Source: Candidatus Spongiisociaceae bacterium (GTDB lineage Bacteria; Actinomycetota; Acidimicrobiia; Spongiisociales; Spongiisociaceae). Taken from it: a stretch of 64,000 nt of DNA. How positions within the stretch are numbered: position 1 is the stretch's first letter; the number at the start of each line of letters is the position of its first letter. Made by a program: the position numbers and the translations under genes. Below the pieces are notes generated by a model, which was not told the origin of the DNA, ran no database searches, and worked only from the letters and a program-made list of their open reading frames with translations. Location: NCBI GenBank assembly GCA_965262915.1, contig OZ253564.1, forward strand, positions 3,872,001 through 3,936,000. Reading direction: 5' to 3'. This document shows, one piece after another, positions 20,379 through 31,046 of the stretch.

Positions 20379-20479
20379 GGAGGGTGGTGCGAAACCCCTT
20401 CACGGCCCGTCGACCGATGACATAGTGTCTGTTCAGAGGAAGACGGGCCCTTGCTCCCCACCGTTTTAGACCACCCTCC
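20379..20479. mobile_element. MITE-like element, family B, copy 1 (101 bp)
   Basis: TA-GGAGGGTGGT...ACCACCCTCC-TA; internal GGCCCGTC/GACGGGCC inverted repeat; near-identical reverse copy at 53940-54041. Confidence 0.85.
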
Positions 20480-20493
20480 TAAGCGCGGCACCT

Positions 20494-21861
20494 TCACCGC
20501 ATTCCCAACCACTGCGACCAATCCGGGACCTGGTCGACACCTGGGATCTCCACCACCTCGGCGAACTCTGCGCCATACGGAATCGTCGCATCGATGCCCA
20601 TCAGCGACGACCCGAACTTGCTCGGCGCGGAGGGGTCGAGCTGGCCTCCGGCCGCGCGCGGGATGATGATCACGTCTTCCGCAGGCTGAGCACGCGTGAG
20701 CACCGCCCACCAGACCTTGGCGGTGTCATAGATATCGATGTCGTCGTCCACCACTATCACCACCTTCGGATGTGCAACGCTTCCCAGGGCTGCCAGCAGC
20801 ACGTTCTTCGCCTGGTTCACGTACCGCTGCTTCATACCGATGACCGCCAGGAACTCCGCCCCGCCCTCCGGCGCGTAGCGGACCCCGGTGATATCGGGAT
20901 ATACCTGCCTCATGGCCTTCAGCAGGTTGGCTTCCATCGGAAGCAGCTTGAGGACGTGGTTCTCCGTTACCGGGATGCCGGTCAGCCCGGCCTGGTAGAT
21001 GGGGTCGATGCGGGAGGTGATCGCGGTGCACGTGAACACCGGCTCGGGCCCTCCGGGCCCTACGTAGCCGGTCATCTCCCCGAACGGTCCTTCTTCACGC
21101 CGAACGTGAGGTTCGAGGTATCCCTCGATGACCAACTCGGACGTAGCCGGCACCTCCAAGTCTATTGTCCGGCATTTTACGAGCTCGACGGGCGATCCGT
21201 GCAGCCCTCCCGCTATGGCAAGCTCGTCAACACCGAAGGGCACCCGGGCCTGCGTCGCCAGTTGGATTACCGGGTCCACACCGATGGCCACGGCTACCTC
21301 CAGGCGCTGTCCGAGCTCTTCGGCGTGGGTACGGATTGCATCGAAGTCCGAGTATGGGCTGACGGCCAACCCCATTTCGGTGGGACCGTAGAGCTGCATC
21401 CGGTAGATGCCGGCATTCCGCTCGCCGCTGATCGGGTCTCTGGCTATCTCGACCCCCACTGTGATGAACGGGCCGGGGTCCTGTTTCGAGTACGTGGGGA
21501 TGGGAAGGGTGGTGAGATCGACGTCATCGCCGGTGATGACGATCTCCTGGCACGGCCCGTCGTCCACGAGCACCGGCGGGATGGGATTGTCCAGGCCGTT
21601 GATGAACACCTCGAGCGCGTCGCCCGGTCCGGCCGCCCGTAGCGCATGCTCGGCCTTGGACGGTGAGCAGAAGACGCCTGCCGCCACCCTCATCTCGCTC
21701 CCCTTTGCTTCATCGAAGAGGAAGGCCGGCCCCAGCATGTCGGAGCTCTTCCGTATGTACGCCGCTACCTCGTAGAGAGGGTCGACAGGTCCCGGGATAT
21801 GGGCAAGCTCGCCCTTGTCGGACAGGTAGCTCAGAAACCCGCGCAGATCCTTGTGCAGCAT
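20494..21861 (-). CDS. UbiD family prFMN-dependent (de)carboxylase 2
   Basis: KDLRGFL, NAGIYRMQ, EGPFGEMTGY, IVVDDDID, LDPSAP, GIDAT. Confidence 0.93.
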   Translation of the reverse strand: MLHKDLRGFLSYLSDKGELAHIPGPVDPLYEVAAYIRKSSDMLGPAFLFDEAKGSEMRVAAGVFCSPSKAEHALRAAGPGDALEVFINGLDNPIPPVLVDDGPCQEIVITGDDVDLTTLPIPTYSKQDPGPFITVGVEIARDPISGERNAGIYRMQLYGPTEMGLAVSPYSDFDAIRTHAEELGQRLEVAVAIGVDPVIQLATQARVPFGVDELAIAGGLHGSPVELVKCRTIDLEVPATSELVIEGYLEPHVRREEGPFGEMTGYVGPGGPEPVFTCTAITSRIDPIYQAGLTGIPVTENHVLKLLPMEANLLKAMRQVYPDITGVRYAPEGGAEFLAVIGMKQRYVNQAKNVLLAALGSVAHPKVVIVVDDDIDIYDTAKVWWAVLTRAQPAEDVIIIPRAAGGQLDPSAPSKFGSSLMGIDATIPYGAEFAEVVEIPGVDQVPDWSQWLGMR

Positions 21862-21873
21862 GATTCTCTCCTA

Positions 21874-21974
21874 GGAGGGTGGTCAAGACCTCCGGTTGGC
21901 CCGGCGGTCGATGAGAAAATACCTGGTCAGTGGACGACGGGCCAACCATCTACCGGTTTTTTTGAGCACCCTCC
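21874..21974. mobile_element. MITE-like element, family B, copy 2 (101 bp, divergent interior), inside the TAG stop of the upstream gene
   Basis: TA-GGAGGGTGGTCAAGA...TTTTGAGCACCCTCC-TA; internal GGTTGGCCCG/CGGGCCAACC stem. Confidence 0.8.
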
Positions 21975-24397
21975 TATTGTCGAAGTCGATCGGCCGGCGA
22001 ACCCGTCGCCGTAGCGGCCCGAATGGCTTCCCAGACTCTTGAGGGCGTCATCGGGATCTCGTTGATGCGAGCGTCATAGTCGCGGAGCGCGTCCTCGACG
22101 GCGCTGACCACCGAGCTCAGCGCGCATCCGAGCCCGGACTCCCCCGCACCCTTCGTACCCAGCGGCGTGAATGGTGACGGGTAGACCTGGTGGGCGACCT
22201 CTACGCGTGGCATCTCGACCGCGGTCGGGATCGTGTAGTCCATGAGGGTGGCGGTCTGGATCTGGCCGGACTCGTCGTATCTGATCTCCTCGTACAGGGC
22301 ACCGCCCAGCGCCTGGGCGGTCGCCCCGTGCAGGTTCGCATCGACGAGCAACGGGTTAACGATGTTCCCCGCGTCCTCGACCAGGTAGTAGTCGAGCACC
22401 TCGACCATGCCCGTCTCCGGATCCACAGCCACGACGCACGCAGCCGCAGCGCTCGGCCAGGTCGGGTAGGCGTTGAACCGTCCCTGGGTGGCCGGCTGGT
22501 GGTAGATGTTCTCGGCCCGGTAGTAACGGGTCACCTCCAGCCCGGGCTCGACGTTCTCGGTGGCCGGGCCGTAGGGCCGCCTGTACATCTCGTCCGCGAC
22601 ATCCGAGATACGGACCGAACGCTGCTGAGCACCGATCACGCTGATGCGGCCGTCCGAAGCTTCCAGATCCTCCGGCGAAACCTCCAGCATGTTGGCGGCC
22701 ACCTTCATGAGCCGGGCCTTCAGCTCGGCCGCAGCCTTGCCGACCGCCGACCCCCCGATGATCACGCCTCGCGAGCTGTAGTTCCCGAGACCCCAGGGAC
22801 AGATGACGGTGTCCCCCTGCACAACTCGCACGTCGTCGAACCGGCAGCCCAGACTGTCGGCCGCGATCTGTGCCAGGGCCGTCTCGTTCCCGTTGCCCGG
22901 AGAGGTGACGCCGCTCAACACGGTGACCTCCCCGGTAGGACCTACCCGCACGGTCGCTCCGTCGTACGCGGATATCATCACCGAGCCCGGCATGGCGCAT
23001 CCCTCGGGTGTGAGTTCATAGCCGATCCCGATGCCGATATGGCGGCCCCGCTCGCGCTCGCCCCGGCGGCGCTCCTCGAACCCTTCGTAGTTGACCAACT
23101 CCATCGCGGCCCGCAGGGTTGCGTGGTAGTCACCGCTCCCTATGATGCCGCCCCCCTCCCGAGCGAAGGGGAACTCCTCGGACCGCAGGAAGTTACGCAT
23201 CCGTACCTCTCCTCGGTCGAGGCCGGTTGCTCGCGCCACTTCATCCATCACCCGTTCGAGCCAGAGATTGGCGATGTCCTTGCCGAAGCCTCGGTAGGAG
23301 TTCCAGGGCGTCTTGTTGGTGACGACCGTGGTCAACCGGACGCGGGTGTTGGGAATGCGGTACGGGCCGGGAATGAGGCCGCTGGCGGCGAAGGTCATGC
23401 CCCATCCGACCAGGCTGGTCGGAGCACCCACGTCGGCGAGGATCCGAACATCGATACCGGTTACCACACCTTGGTCGTCATAACCGGCCTTGACCCTGGC
23501 CGTCATCTCGCGAGCGTGACCTATGGATGCGAAGTTCTCGTCGCGCGACTCGATCCACTTGATGGTCCGGCGAAGCTTGAAGGCCAGGTAGGCGATGAGC
23601 GGCTCTTCTTGGAAGGTCGGCTGTTTGAGCCCGAACGCTCCACCCACCTGCGGCTGTATCACCCTGATACGGGATTCCCGGATGCCCAGAGTCTGGGCAA
23701 GATAGACGCGTAGGGGATGCGGGTTCTGGGTGGAGTCCCAAAGCGTGAGGGTCTCCCGTTTGCGATCGAAGGAAGCGAGCAAGCCCCGCGGCTCGATGGG
23801 AACACCCGTTCCACGATTGCTCGTGACCTCGGTTTCGACGATTCCCTTCGCTTCGGCGAACGCATCGGCAACGTCGCCCACCTTGAGGTCGCGTCTCACC
23901 AGGACGTTGGTGCCCCAGTCGGGCTCGACAAGCGCCGCACCCGGTTCGAGAGCAGCCCCCACATCGGCGACGGCCGTGAGAGGCTCGTAGTCCACATCGA
24001 TGTGACCGAGAGCAAGATTCGCAGCGTGCTTCGTCTCCGCGACGACCGCCGCCACCGCCTCGCCGACGTAGCGAGCCCGATCAACGCACAACGCGTACCA
24101 CCGGACCTGGTGGGCGCCGATGGCAGCCGTGTCCCAACCCTGAGGTATCGGGTTGGTGTGAGCCGCGATCTCGGCGCCGGTGACAACGGCCACAACGCCG
24201 GGGAGTGCCTCAGCACGCGACGTGTCGATAGAGCAGATCAGGGCATGGGCGTGCGGGCTGCGGAGGACCGCCATGAAGTTCATGACGCCGGGAGGCCGGA
24301 CATCGTCCACGTAGATGCCCCGGCCTGCGACCAGAGTCCTGTTGGTGCGACCCGGGTAGCGCTTCCCTACGTGGGTGTCGGCAGCAGGAGAACTCAT
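21974..24397 (-). CDS. Xanthine dehydrogenase family molybdopterin-binding subunit (L2)
   Basis: VGGAFGLK, SYRGFGK, GNGNETALAQ, GNYSSR, KGAGESG. Confidence 0.93.
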   Translation of the reverse strand: MSSPAADTHVGKRYPGRTNRTLVAGRGIYVDDVRPPGVMNFMAVLRSPHAHALICSIDTSRAEALPGVVAVVTGAEIAAHTNPIPQGWDTAAIGAHQVRWYALCVDRARYVGEAVAAVVAETKHAANLALGHIDVDYEPLTAVADVGAALEPGAALVEPDWGTNVLVRRDLKVGDVADAFAEAKGIVETEVTSNRGTGVPIEPRGLLASFDRKRETLTLWDSTQNPHPLRVYLAQTLGIRESRIRVIQPQVGGAFGLKQPTFQEEPLIAYLAFKLRRTIKWIESRDENFASIGHAREMTARVKAGYDDQGVVTGIDVRILADVGAPTSLVGWGMTFAASGLIPGPYRIPNTRVRLTTVVTNKTPWNSYRGFGKDIANLWLERVMDEVARATGLDRGEVRMRNFLRSEEFPFAREGGGIIGSGDYHATLRAAMELVNYEGFEERRRGERERGRHIGIGIGYELTPEGCAMPGSVMISAYDGATVRVGPTGEVTVLSGVTSPGNGNETALAQIAADSLGCRFDDVRVVQGDTVICPWGLGNYSSRGVIIGGSAVGKAAAELKARLMKVAANMLEVSPEDLEASDGRISVIGAQQRSVRISDVADEMYRRPYGPATENVEPGLEVTRYYRAENIYHQPATQGRFNAYPTWPSAAAACVVAVDPETGMVEVLDYYLVEDAGNIVNPLLVDANLHGATAQALGGALYEEIRYDESGQIQTATLMDYTIPTAVEMPRVEVAHQVYPSPFTPLGTKGAGESGLGCALSSVVSAVEDALRDYDARINEIPMTPSRVWEAIRAATATGSPADRLRQ

Positions 24398-26868
24398 CGT
24401 CGTTCCTCCTCTTCCGATCGAGCCCGCGCCGCCCTGATGGCGTTCCAGACCCGCGCAGGGGAAAGCGGCAGTTCCTCGAACCAGACCTCAAGATGGGGAA
24501 ACGCATCTTCGATCGCGTTGCACACCGCTCCAAGCGCCGCGCCGAGCCCCGACTCTCCCACCCCCTTGGCGCCCAGCGGTGTGAAGGGGGACGGGGTGTG
24601 TTGATGCCGGACATCGAAGCGGGGAAGCTCCACCGCCGTGGGAATCGTATAATCCATGAGCGTGGCTGTGATCAACTGCCCGTTGTCGTCGTAACTCACC
24701 TGCTCGTAGAGCACGCTTCCGAGACCCTGAGCGATACCCCCGTGCATGGTGGCATCGGCTAGTAGCGGATTGATAACGGTGCCCGCATCCTCGACCATGC
24801 AGTACCGGAGGATCCTCACCCCGCCCGTATCCGGATCGACCTCGACTATGCACGCGGCCATACCGTTGGGCCAGGTCGGATAGACAGAGAAGCGGCCATC
24901 TCGCTCAGGCTGGTGGTAGATGTTGGATATCCGGAAATAGCGGGTTGCCTCCAGCCCGGGCTCCACCAGATCGGCATGTTCCTCGAAGGCATGCCAGTAG
25001 ACACGCTCCACCACCTCGGAGAACTCGACGGAGCGCGCCGGCTCTTCCACGATCCAGATGCGCCCATCCGCGGCGGCCAGGTTCTCCGGCTCGGTGGCCA
25101 GCATGGACGCCGCTACCTTGTGCATCCGCTGCCGCAGCTCCCGGCCGGCCTCGAAAACAGCCGACCCTCCGATGATGATGCTGCGCGAGCTGTAGTTTCC
25201 CAGGCCCCACGGGCAAGACTCCGTGTCTCCCTGTACGACGGTGACAAGGTCGATATCGCATGCAAGGGTGTCGGCGGCAATCTGGGCCAGCGCTGTCTCG
25301 TTACCGTTGCCCGGGGAGGTGACCCCGGTCAGCACCATCACCTCCCCGGTGGGCATGACCCTTACGGTCGCCCCGTCATACCCGTTGTTGGTGATGCTCC
25401 CCGGCATGGCCACCCCTTCGGGTGTGAGTTCCTGCCCGATACCGAGCCCGATGTACCGTCCCTCGGCCCGGGCGGCCGCCTGCATCCGGCGAAACTCCGA
25501 GTATCCGATCGACTCCAGGGCCGTATCGAGTACCTGCTCGTACGCCCCGCTGTCGAGCATGGCTCCGGACGCCTGGGAGTAGGGGAAGGCATCGCTAGGA
25601 ATGAAGTTACGGCGCCGCACATCGGCGCTCGGTATTCCGAGACTGCGGGCCACCTTCTCTACGACCCGGTCCATGAGGAAGGACGCTATGTCCTTCCCGA
25701 ACCCCCGATACGGGGTCCAGGGGCACTTGTTGGTCACGACGCTGGTGAGGTGGACGCGGACGTTGTCGATCTCGTACACGGTGGGAAGGGAGTACATGGT
25801 CACGTACGACATTCCCCAACCCAGATAGGACGTGGGCGCTCCGACATCGGCGACGATCTCGACCGAGAGCGCGGTGATGTTCCCATCCGACTCGAACCCC
25901 ACCCGGTACCGGCACTCGGTCTCCCTGGCGTGGCCCCCGACCATGAAGCTCTCGGACCGGCTCTCCAACCACCGAAGGGGCTTCTGCAGGCGGCGAGCCG
26001 CGAACGCAACGATCACCTCCTCCTGGGAGGTCGGTTGCTTCAGGCCGAACGCACCGCCCACATCGGTCTGGATGACCCTTATGGAAGCCTCCCGCACCCC
26101 CAGGGAAGCAGCCAGGAAGGTCTGCACCTGATGAGGTTGCTGGGTTGATTCCCAGAATGTGAGCAGATCCGCGATCGGGTCGTACTCGGCCACGATGCCG
26201 CGCGGCTCGATCGGGACGCCGGTCAGGCGCTGGGACTTGACCCGTCCCGCGGCCGTGTGCTCCGCCGACGCGATGGCGACTTCGAAGTCCCCGGTTTCGA
26301 AGCCGTCGGACACGAGGATGTTGTCCTCCCACGACGGTTCGACCTTGACGGCTCCCGGACGGAGGGCCTCTTCGGCGGAGCTGATGGCGTCAAGGATCTC
26401 GTACTCGGCGTTCACATGCCCGGCAGCGGCCCTGGCGGTGTACGGGTCGGTTGCGACGACCGCTGCTACCGCTTCGCCCAGATACCGCACCCGTCCCTGG
26501 GCTAGCGCGTACCAGTCCACCCCCCTCGCTCCCGCTTCGGCCGTGTCCCAACCTTCCGGGATCGGTCGTGTTCCCTCCGCGACGTCGGTCGGGAGGATCA
26601 CGTCGACGACGCCTTCGATAGCCAGCGCTTCCGATGCGTCCACGGACAGGATCCGCGCATGGGCATGAGGGCTCCGCACCACCGTCAGGTAATGCATGTC
26701 GGCACGGTCGAGATCGCCCACGTATTCGCCGTCGCCACGCGCCAGCCGCCGGTTGTTGGCACCTACCCGAGGAGTTCCCACCGCCCTCAGCACGAGGTGT
26801 TCGACACCCGGACCTGGCCGGGTCATGGAAGACGGTCGGGTGAGCGGCATGGGCCGGTCCCATGGCAT
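24394..26868 (-). CDS. Xanthine dehydrogenase family molybdopterin-binding subunit (L3), paralog of L2
   Basis: VGGAFGLK, PYRGFGK, GNGNETALAQ, GNYSSR, KGVGESG; 4-nt overlap with L2; exact start uncertain. Confidence 0.92.
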   Translation of the reverse strand: MPWDRPMPLTRPSSMTRPGPGVEHLVLRAVGTPRVGANNRRLARGDGEYVGDLDRADMHYLTVVRSPHAHARILSVDASEALAIEGVVDVILPTDVAEGTRPIPEGWDTAEAGARGVDWYALAQGRVRYLGEAVAAVVATDPYTARAAAGHVNAEYEILDAISSAEEALRPGAVKVEPSWEDNILVSDGFETGDFEVAIASAEHTAAGRVKSQRLTGVPIEPRGIVAEYDPIADLLTFWESTQQPHQVQTFLAASLGVREASIRVIQTDVGGAFGLKQPTSQEEVIVAFAARRLQKPLRWLESRSESFMVGGHARETECRYRVGFESDGNITALSVEIVADVGAPTSYLGWGMSYVTMYSLPTVYEIDNVRVHLTSVVTNKCPWTPYRGFGKDIASFLMDRVVEKVARSLGIPSADVRRRNFIPSDAFPYSQASGAMLDSGAYEQVLDTALESIGYSEFRRMQAAARAEGRYIGLGIGQELTPEGVAMPGSITNNGYDGATVRVMPTGEVMVLTGVTSPGNGNETALAQIAADTLACDIDLVTVVQGDTESCPWGLGNYSSRSIIIGGSAVFEAGRELRQRMHKVAASMLATEPENLAAADGRIWIVEEPARSVEFSEVVERVYWHAFEEHADLVEPGLEATRYFRISNIYHQPERDGRFSVYPTWPNGMAACIVEVDPDTGGVRILRYCMVEDAGTVINPLLADATMHGGIAQGLGSVLYEQVSYDDNGQLITATLMDYTIPTAVELPRFDVRHQHTPSPFTPLGAKGVGESGLGAALGAVCNAIEDAFPHLEVWFEELPLSPARVWNAIRAARARSEEEERR

Positions 26869-27275
26869 CGACCTGTTGCCGGGGACCGCAGCCCGGAGAT
26901 GGCCCGCGCCACAGAGACGGAAGCCACCGACGTCACGAGGGATACGTCAGGTAGCGAACAACAGGATCCGACGGCGTATGGCATCGTGGGCATCCTATCC
27001 GACGACCGCTCACGGATCGGAGAGGTGGCGGGTGTCGTGCGGCGAGTTGGGGTCTTAGGTTCGAGAACCACCCGAGCGGATCGTATGCGGAGGTCGCGCC
27101 GGGACTCTATATAGACCGGTCCGATCCACACATCTCCCTACAACCGTCTAACCCTTCCGGGGGCGCTGACTCCCGGAACGACCCATCGTCGTCCGGCGCC
27201 AAACCGGCGACCACCCCACTGTGATAGGTTGTGATCGGCAGACGACGCACCTTTTCAGACAGTGAGAGAGACCGG

Positions 27276-28157
27276 GTGTACCCTCCGATTTTCAAGCACC
27301 TGCCCGCGCGGTCCGTCGAAGAAGCCGTGAGAGCACTGGCCCGGTATGGCTACGAAGCCAAAGTTCTAGCGGGCGGCCAGAGCCTGATTCCGATGATGAA
27401 GCTCCGGCTGGCGTCACCGTCGGTTCTGGTCGACATCTCCCGCCTGGAGTCCCTCTCCACGATCGACGAAACAGGGAACGATCTTCGTATCGGGGCCATG
27501 GTGAACGAGTCGGATCTGGAACGCTCCCCCGCGGTGGCGCGCTGGGCGGCCGGTTTGGTCGACACGAGCCGGGTCATCGCCGATCCCTTGGTCCGGAACC
27601 TGGCGACCGTGGGTGGGAACGTAGCGCATGGCGATCCGGCCAATGACCATCCTGCCACCATGGTTGCCGTACAAGCGTCGTTCGTCCTGGTCGGCCCCGG
27701 CGGAACTCGGACCGTCCCGGCGGAGGATTTCTTCATCGACCTGTTCACCACATCTCTGGAACCGGACGAGCTCCTGACCGAGATCCGAGTACCCAAACAA
27801 CAGGCCGGAGCGGCCAGCGCCTACGTGAAGTACGAGCGACAAGTAGGCGACTACGCCATAGCCGGGGCTGCCATCTGTCTCAGTTCGAGGGACGGATCGT
27901 CGATCGACGATGCGCGGATCGTCCTCACCAACCTGGGACCGACGCCGGTTCGGGCCGTCGAGGCGGAGGCCCACCTCCGAGGACAGGTTGGATCCCGGCA
28001 GCTATTCACCGAGGGGGCGGATGCGGCTGCTACGGCGGCGGAACCGTGGTCGGACATGCGGGGATCAGCCGAATACCGGCGGCGCGTGGCAGCAATGGTG
28101 ACCCGCCAGGCTCTCGCCAAAGCCTGGAACAGAGCCAGGAGCGATCGCGGTGAGTGA
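27276..28157 (+). CDS. FAD-binding medium subunit (CoxM-like)
   Basis: AGGQSLIPMMKLRLASP, VRNLATVGGNVAHGDP; GTG start at 27276. Confidence 0.93.
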   Translation: MYPPIFKHLPARSVEEAVRALARYGYEAKVLAGGQSLIPMMKLRLASPSVLVDISRLESLSTIDETGNDLRIGAMVNESDLERSPAVARWAAGLVDTSRVIADPLVRNLATVGGNVAHGDPANDHPATMVAVQASFVLVGPGGTRTVPAEDFFIDLFTTSLEPDELLTEIRVPKQQAGAASAYVKYERQVGDYAIAGAAICLSSRDGSSIDDARIVLTNLGPTPVRAVEAEAHLRGQVGSRQLFTEGADAAATAAEPWSDMRGSAEYRRRVAAMVTRQALAKAWNRARSDRGE

Positions 28158-28662
28158 GATGGTGAGCGACGGGGTCGGCCAGCACATCTCGATGATCGTC
28201 AACGGCGAGTCGCTGGAAGCCGCTGCTGAGACCCGCATGCTCCTCGCCCATTTCCTCCGCGAGGAAGCGAACCTGGCCGGAGTACGGATCGGATGCGACA
28301 CGACCAGCTGCGGAGCGTGCGCCGTGCTGCTCGACGGGCGGGCTATCAAGTCCTGCACCCTCTTCGCGGTGCAGGCTGCCGGCCGGACCGTCACGACCGT
28401 AGAAGGTCTCGGCAACGGGGAAGACCTTCATCCCGTGCAAGCGGCGTTCCGCCAGTGCCACGCCCTCCAGTGCGGTTTCTGCACCTCGGGTTTCGTCATG
28501 GCCGCCCTCGAGTTGCTGAGAAACGTTCCGGACCCGACGGAGATGGAAGTTCGAGAAGGTATCTCGGGCAACCTCTGCCGGTGTACGGGCTACGCCAACA
28601 TCGTGACTGCCATCCTCACAGCGGCTGAGGTCATGCAGCAGGGGGGGACGGACCAGGCTTGA
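28150..28662 (+). CDS. (2Fe-2S)-binding small subunit (CoxS-like)
   Basis: GCDTTSCGACAV, QCGFCTSG, NLCRCTGY. Confidence 0.95.
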   Translation: MSEMVSDGVGQHISMIVNGESLEAAAETRMLLAHFLREEANLAGVRIGCDTTSCGACAVLLDGRAIKSCTLFAVQAAGRTVTTVEGLGNGEDLHPVQAAFRQCHALQCGFCTSGFVMAALELLRNVPDPTEMEVREGISGNLCRCTGYANIVTAILTAAEVMQQGGTDQA

Positions 28663-30968
28663 AGCTCACAGGCACGTCGGTTCGAAGGGTCGAAGACCGA
28701 GCCATCCTGACGGGACGCACCAGGTATCTCGATGATATTCGGATTCCCGGAGCGCTCCACTGTTCGATCGTCCGCAGCCACTTAGCCCGCGCCGATCTGA
28801 CGTCGATAGATGTCTCGGCCGCGGAAGCGACCCCCGGCGTCGTAGCGGTGTTCACCGCCACCGACCTGGGTCCTGCCAACGGTCCGATCCTCCAGGCAAC
28901 CTGGTTCCCTCCCCCCGAGGGGTTGCAGCGACACATCGAGGTGATGTCCCGACCCGAGTACACGCACCTGCTGGCGCCGGGACGCGTGCGCTACGTCGGG
29001 GAACCGGTGGCGGTGGTTATCGCCACCGGTCCGTACGCGGCTGCGGACGGGGCCCGTGGCGTATATGTTGACTATGAGCCTCGAGAGCCGGTCACCGATG
29101 TCCAACAATCTCAGGCCCTGGTAGGCGGGCCGCTCAACGACGGCTGGCCCGACAACATCGCAGCCAGCTTCGTAGTCCGGAAGGGAGACGTGGATCTTGC
29201 GTTCTCCCGGGCCGATCATGTGGTCAGCGGAACCTTCCGGACCGGCCGCCAGACCGGCACACCGATCGAACCGAGGGGCGTGCTCGCCGACCCGACCGAA
29301 CCTGTATTCACGGTCTGGTCGTCCAACCAGGCACCGCACTGGCTCCGCGATGCTCTGGCGGACTACTTCGGGCTCGACGCGAGCGAGATACGGGTCGTGG
29401 CGCCCGACGTGGGGGGTGGTTTCGGCATAAAGTCGATGGTTTATCCCGAAGAGTTGCTGGTCCCGGAACTGGCCCGGCGGTTAGGATCACCGGTCAAGTG
29501 GGTGGAGACCCGCACGGAGAACTTCCTGGCGGCCGTTCACGCAAGGGATCAGTGCCACCACATGGAACTCGCCCTGACGAGCGACGGTGAGTTCCTCGCT
29601 CTACGCGACCGGTACACCACCGACGCCGGAGCCGCGAACCTCGAAAGCCTCGTGGTGCCATACAACACCGCTGCGCACCTGCAGGGAAGCTACCGTATCC
29701 CCGCGGCGCTGATCGTTTCGGAGTCGTATCTCACCAACAAGTCACCCCTCTCGGCCTATCGGGGCGCGGGCCGGCCCGAAGCAGTCTTCGCGATGGAGCG
29801 GATCATCGACACCGCCGCTCGGGAACTAGGAATCGACACAGCGATCATCAGGCAGAGGAACCTGATCACTGCGGACGAGATGCCTTACAGCGCGGGCATC
29901 AGATACAGGGACGGGACCCCCCTCAGCCTGGACGGGGGCGACTACCGAGCCGTGTTCGATGCGGCTCTCCGGCACGCCGACATCGCCGGATGGCGTCGGG
30001 AACAGACCCGGGCCAGAGCTCGAGGCCGCCTCCTGGGCATCGGATTCGCCAACTACATCGAGGGTACGGGGATCGGACCGACCGAAACGGCCACGGCGAC
30101 CTTGGAGCACGACGGACAGGTTTCGGTTCTGGTTGCCATCCCCTCACAGGGACAAGGCCACGCCACGATCCTCGGCCAAGTGGCCGCCGATGCGTTGGGT
30201 GTGCCACTCGGTAGCGTGCATGTCCAGCAGGGGGACACAGCCCTGATGCAGTCCGGCGCCGGAACGATCGCCAGCCGCACTGCGGTGGTGGTAGGAAACG
30301 CGGTCGCCGCAGCGGGTACCGAACTCCGAGCCCAGGTGTTGGCTCGCGCCTCGGAACTACTCGAGGTAGACCCCGAAGACCTGACCATCGAAGAAGGACG
30401 GGTGTCGGTAATCGGAGCCCCCGGTCTCTCGATGTCGCTGGCCGAATGTGCTGACCCGCGGGTTGGCCCCGCTCTCACAGCTACAGCCGGATTCGATCCT
30501 GGGCGGGCGACTTTCGGCTACGGAACCCACATAGCCGTGGCCGAAGTGCATCCGGTTACCGGACACGTATCCGTCTTGTGCTACGTCGTCGTCCATGACT
30601 GCGGAAAGCTCATCAATCCGCTCATAGTTGATGGTCAAGTGGTGGGGGGAGTCGCGCAAGGAATAGGGGCGGCCCTGTCCGAGGAACTCGTCTACGACGA
30701 GGCCGGGCAGTTGATCACTGCCAGTTTCCTGGACTATCAGATACCGCGTGCCACCGACATTCCGAGTCCGGAGACTCACCACGTGGAAACGCCTTCGGAA
30801 CTCAACCCTCTCGGTATACGCGGCGTGGGAGAGGCCGGAACGATCGGGCCTCCCGCTGCGCTGGCCGGCGCGATCGAGGATGCGATCGGGAGAACCGATG
30901 TCGTCATCGACCGCTGCCCGATGCCACCCTCATACATCGCCGGACTTATCGACCCCGGCGTCGCGTAA
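28659..30968 (+). CDS. Xanthine dehydrogenase family molybdopterin-binding subunit (L4), form-II-CoxL-like motif
   Basis: RRVEDRAIL, VGGGFGIK, AYRGAGRPEA, QGQGHAT, RGVGEAG. Confidence 0.93.
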   Translation: MKLTGTSVRRVEDRAILTGRTRYLDDIRIPGALHCSIVRSHLARADLTSIDVSAAEATPGVVAVFTATDLGPANGPILQATWFPPPEGLQRHIEVMSRPEYTHLLAPGRVRYVGEPVAVVIATGPYAAADGARGVYVDYEPREPVTDVQQSQALVGGPLNDGWPDNIAASFVVRKGDVDLAFSRADHVVSGTFRTGRQTGTPIEPRGVLADPTEPVFTVWSSNQAPHWLRDALADYFGLDASEIRVVAPDVGGGFGIKSMVYPEELLVPELARRLGSPVKWVETRTENFLAAVHARDQCHHMELALTSDGEFLALRDRYTTDAGAANLESLVVPYNTAAHLQGSYRIPAALIVSESYLTNKSPLSAYRGAGRPEAVFAMERIIDTAARELGIDTAIIRQRNLITADEMPYSAGIRYRDGTPLSLDGGDYRAVFDAALRHADIAGWRREQTRARARGRLLGIGFANYIEGTGIGPTETATATLEHDGQVSVLVAIPSQGQGHATILGQVAADALGVPLGSVHVQQGDTALMQSGAGTIASRTAVVVGNAVAAAGTELRAQVLARASELLEVDPEDLTIEEGRVSVIGAPGLSMSLAECADPRVGPALTATAGFDPGRATFGYGTHIAVAEVHPVTGHVSVLCYVVVHDCGKLINPLIVDGQVVGGVAQGIGAALSEELVYDEAGQLITASFLDYQIPRATDIPSPETHHVETPSELNPLGIRGVGEAGTIGPPAALAGAIEDAIGRTDVVIDRCPMPPSYIAGLIDPGVA

Positions 30969-31046
30969 AACGGCTACCAGTCACAAGTTGTCCGTCGCCG
31001 GCCTCCGGTCAGCGAAGACGCCGACCCGTACTCCGGACACTATCGG

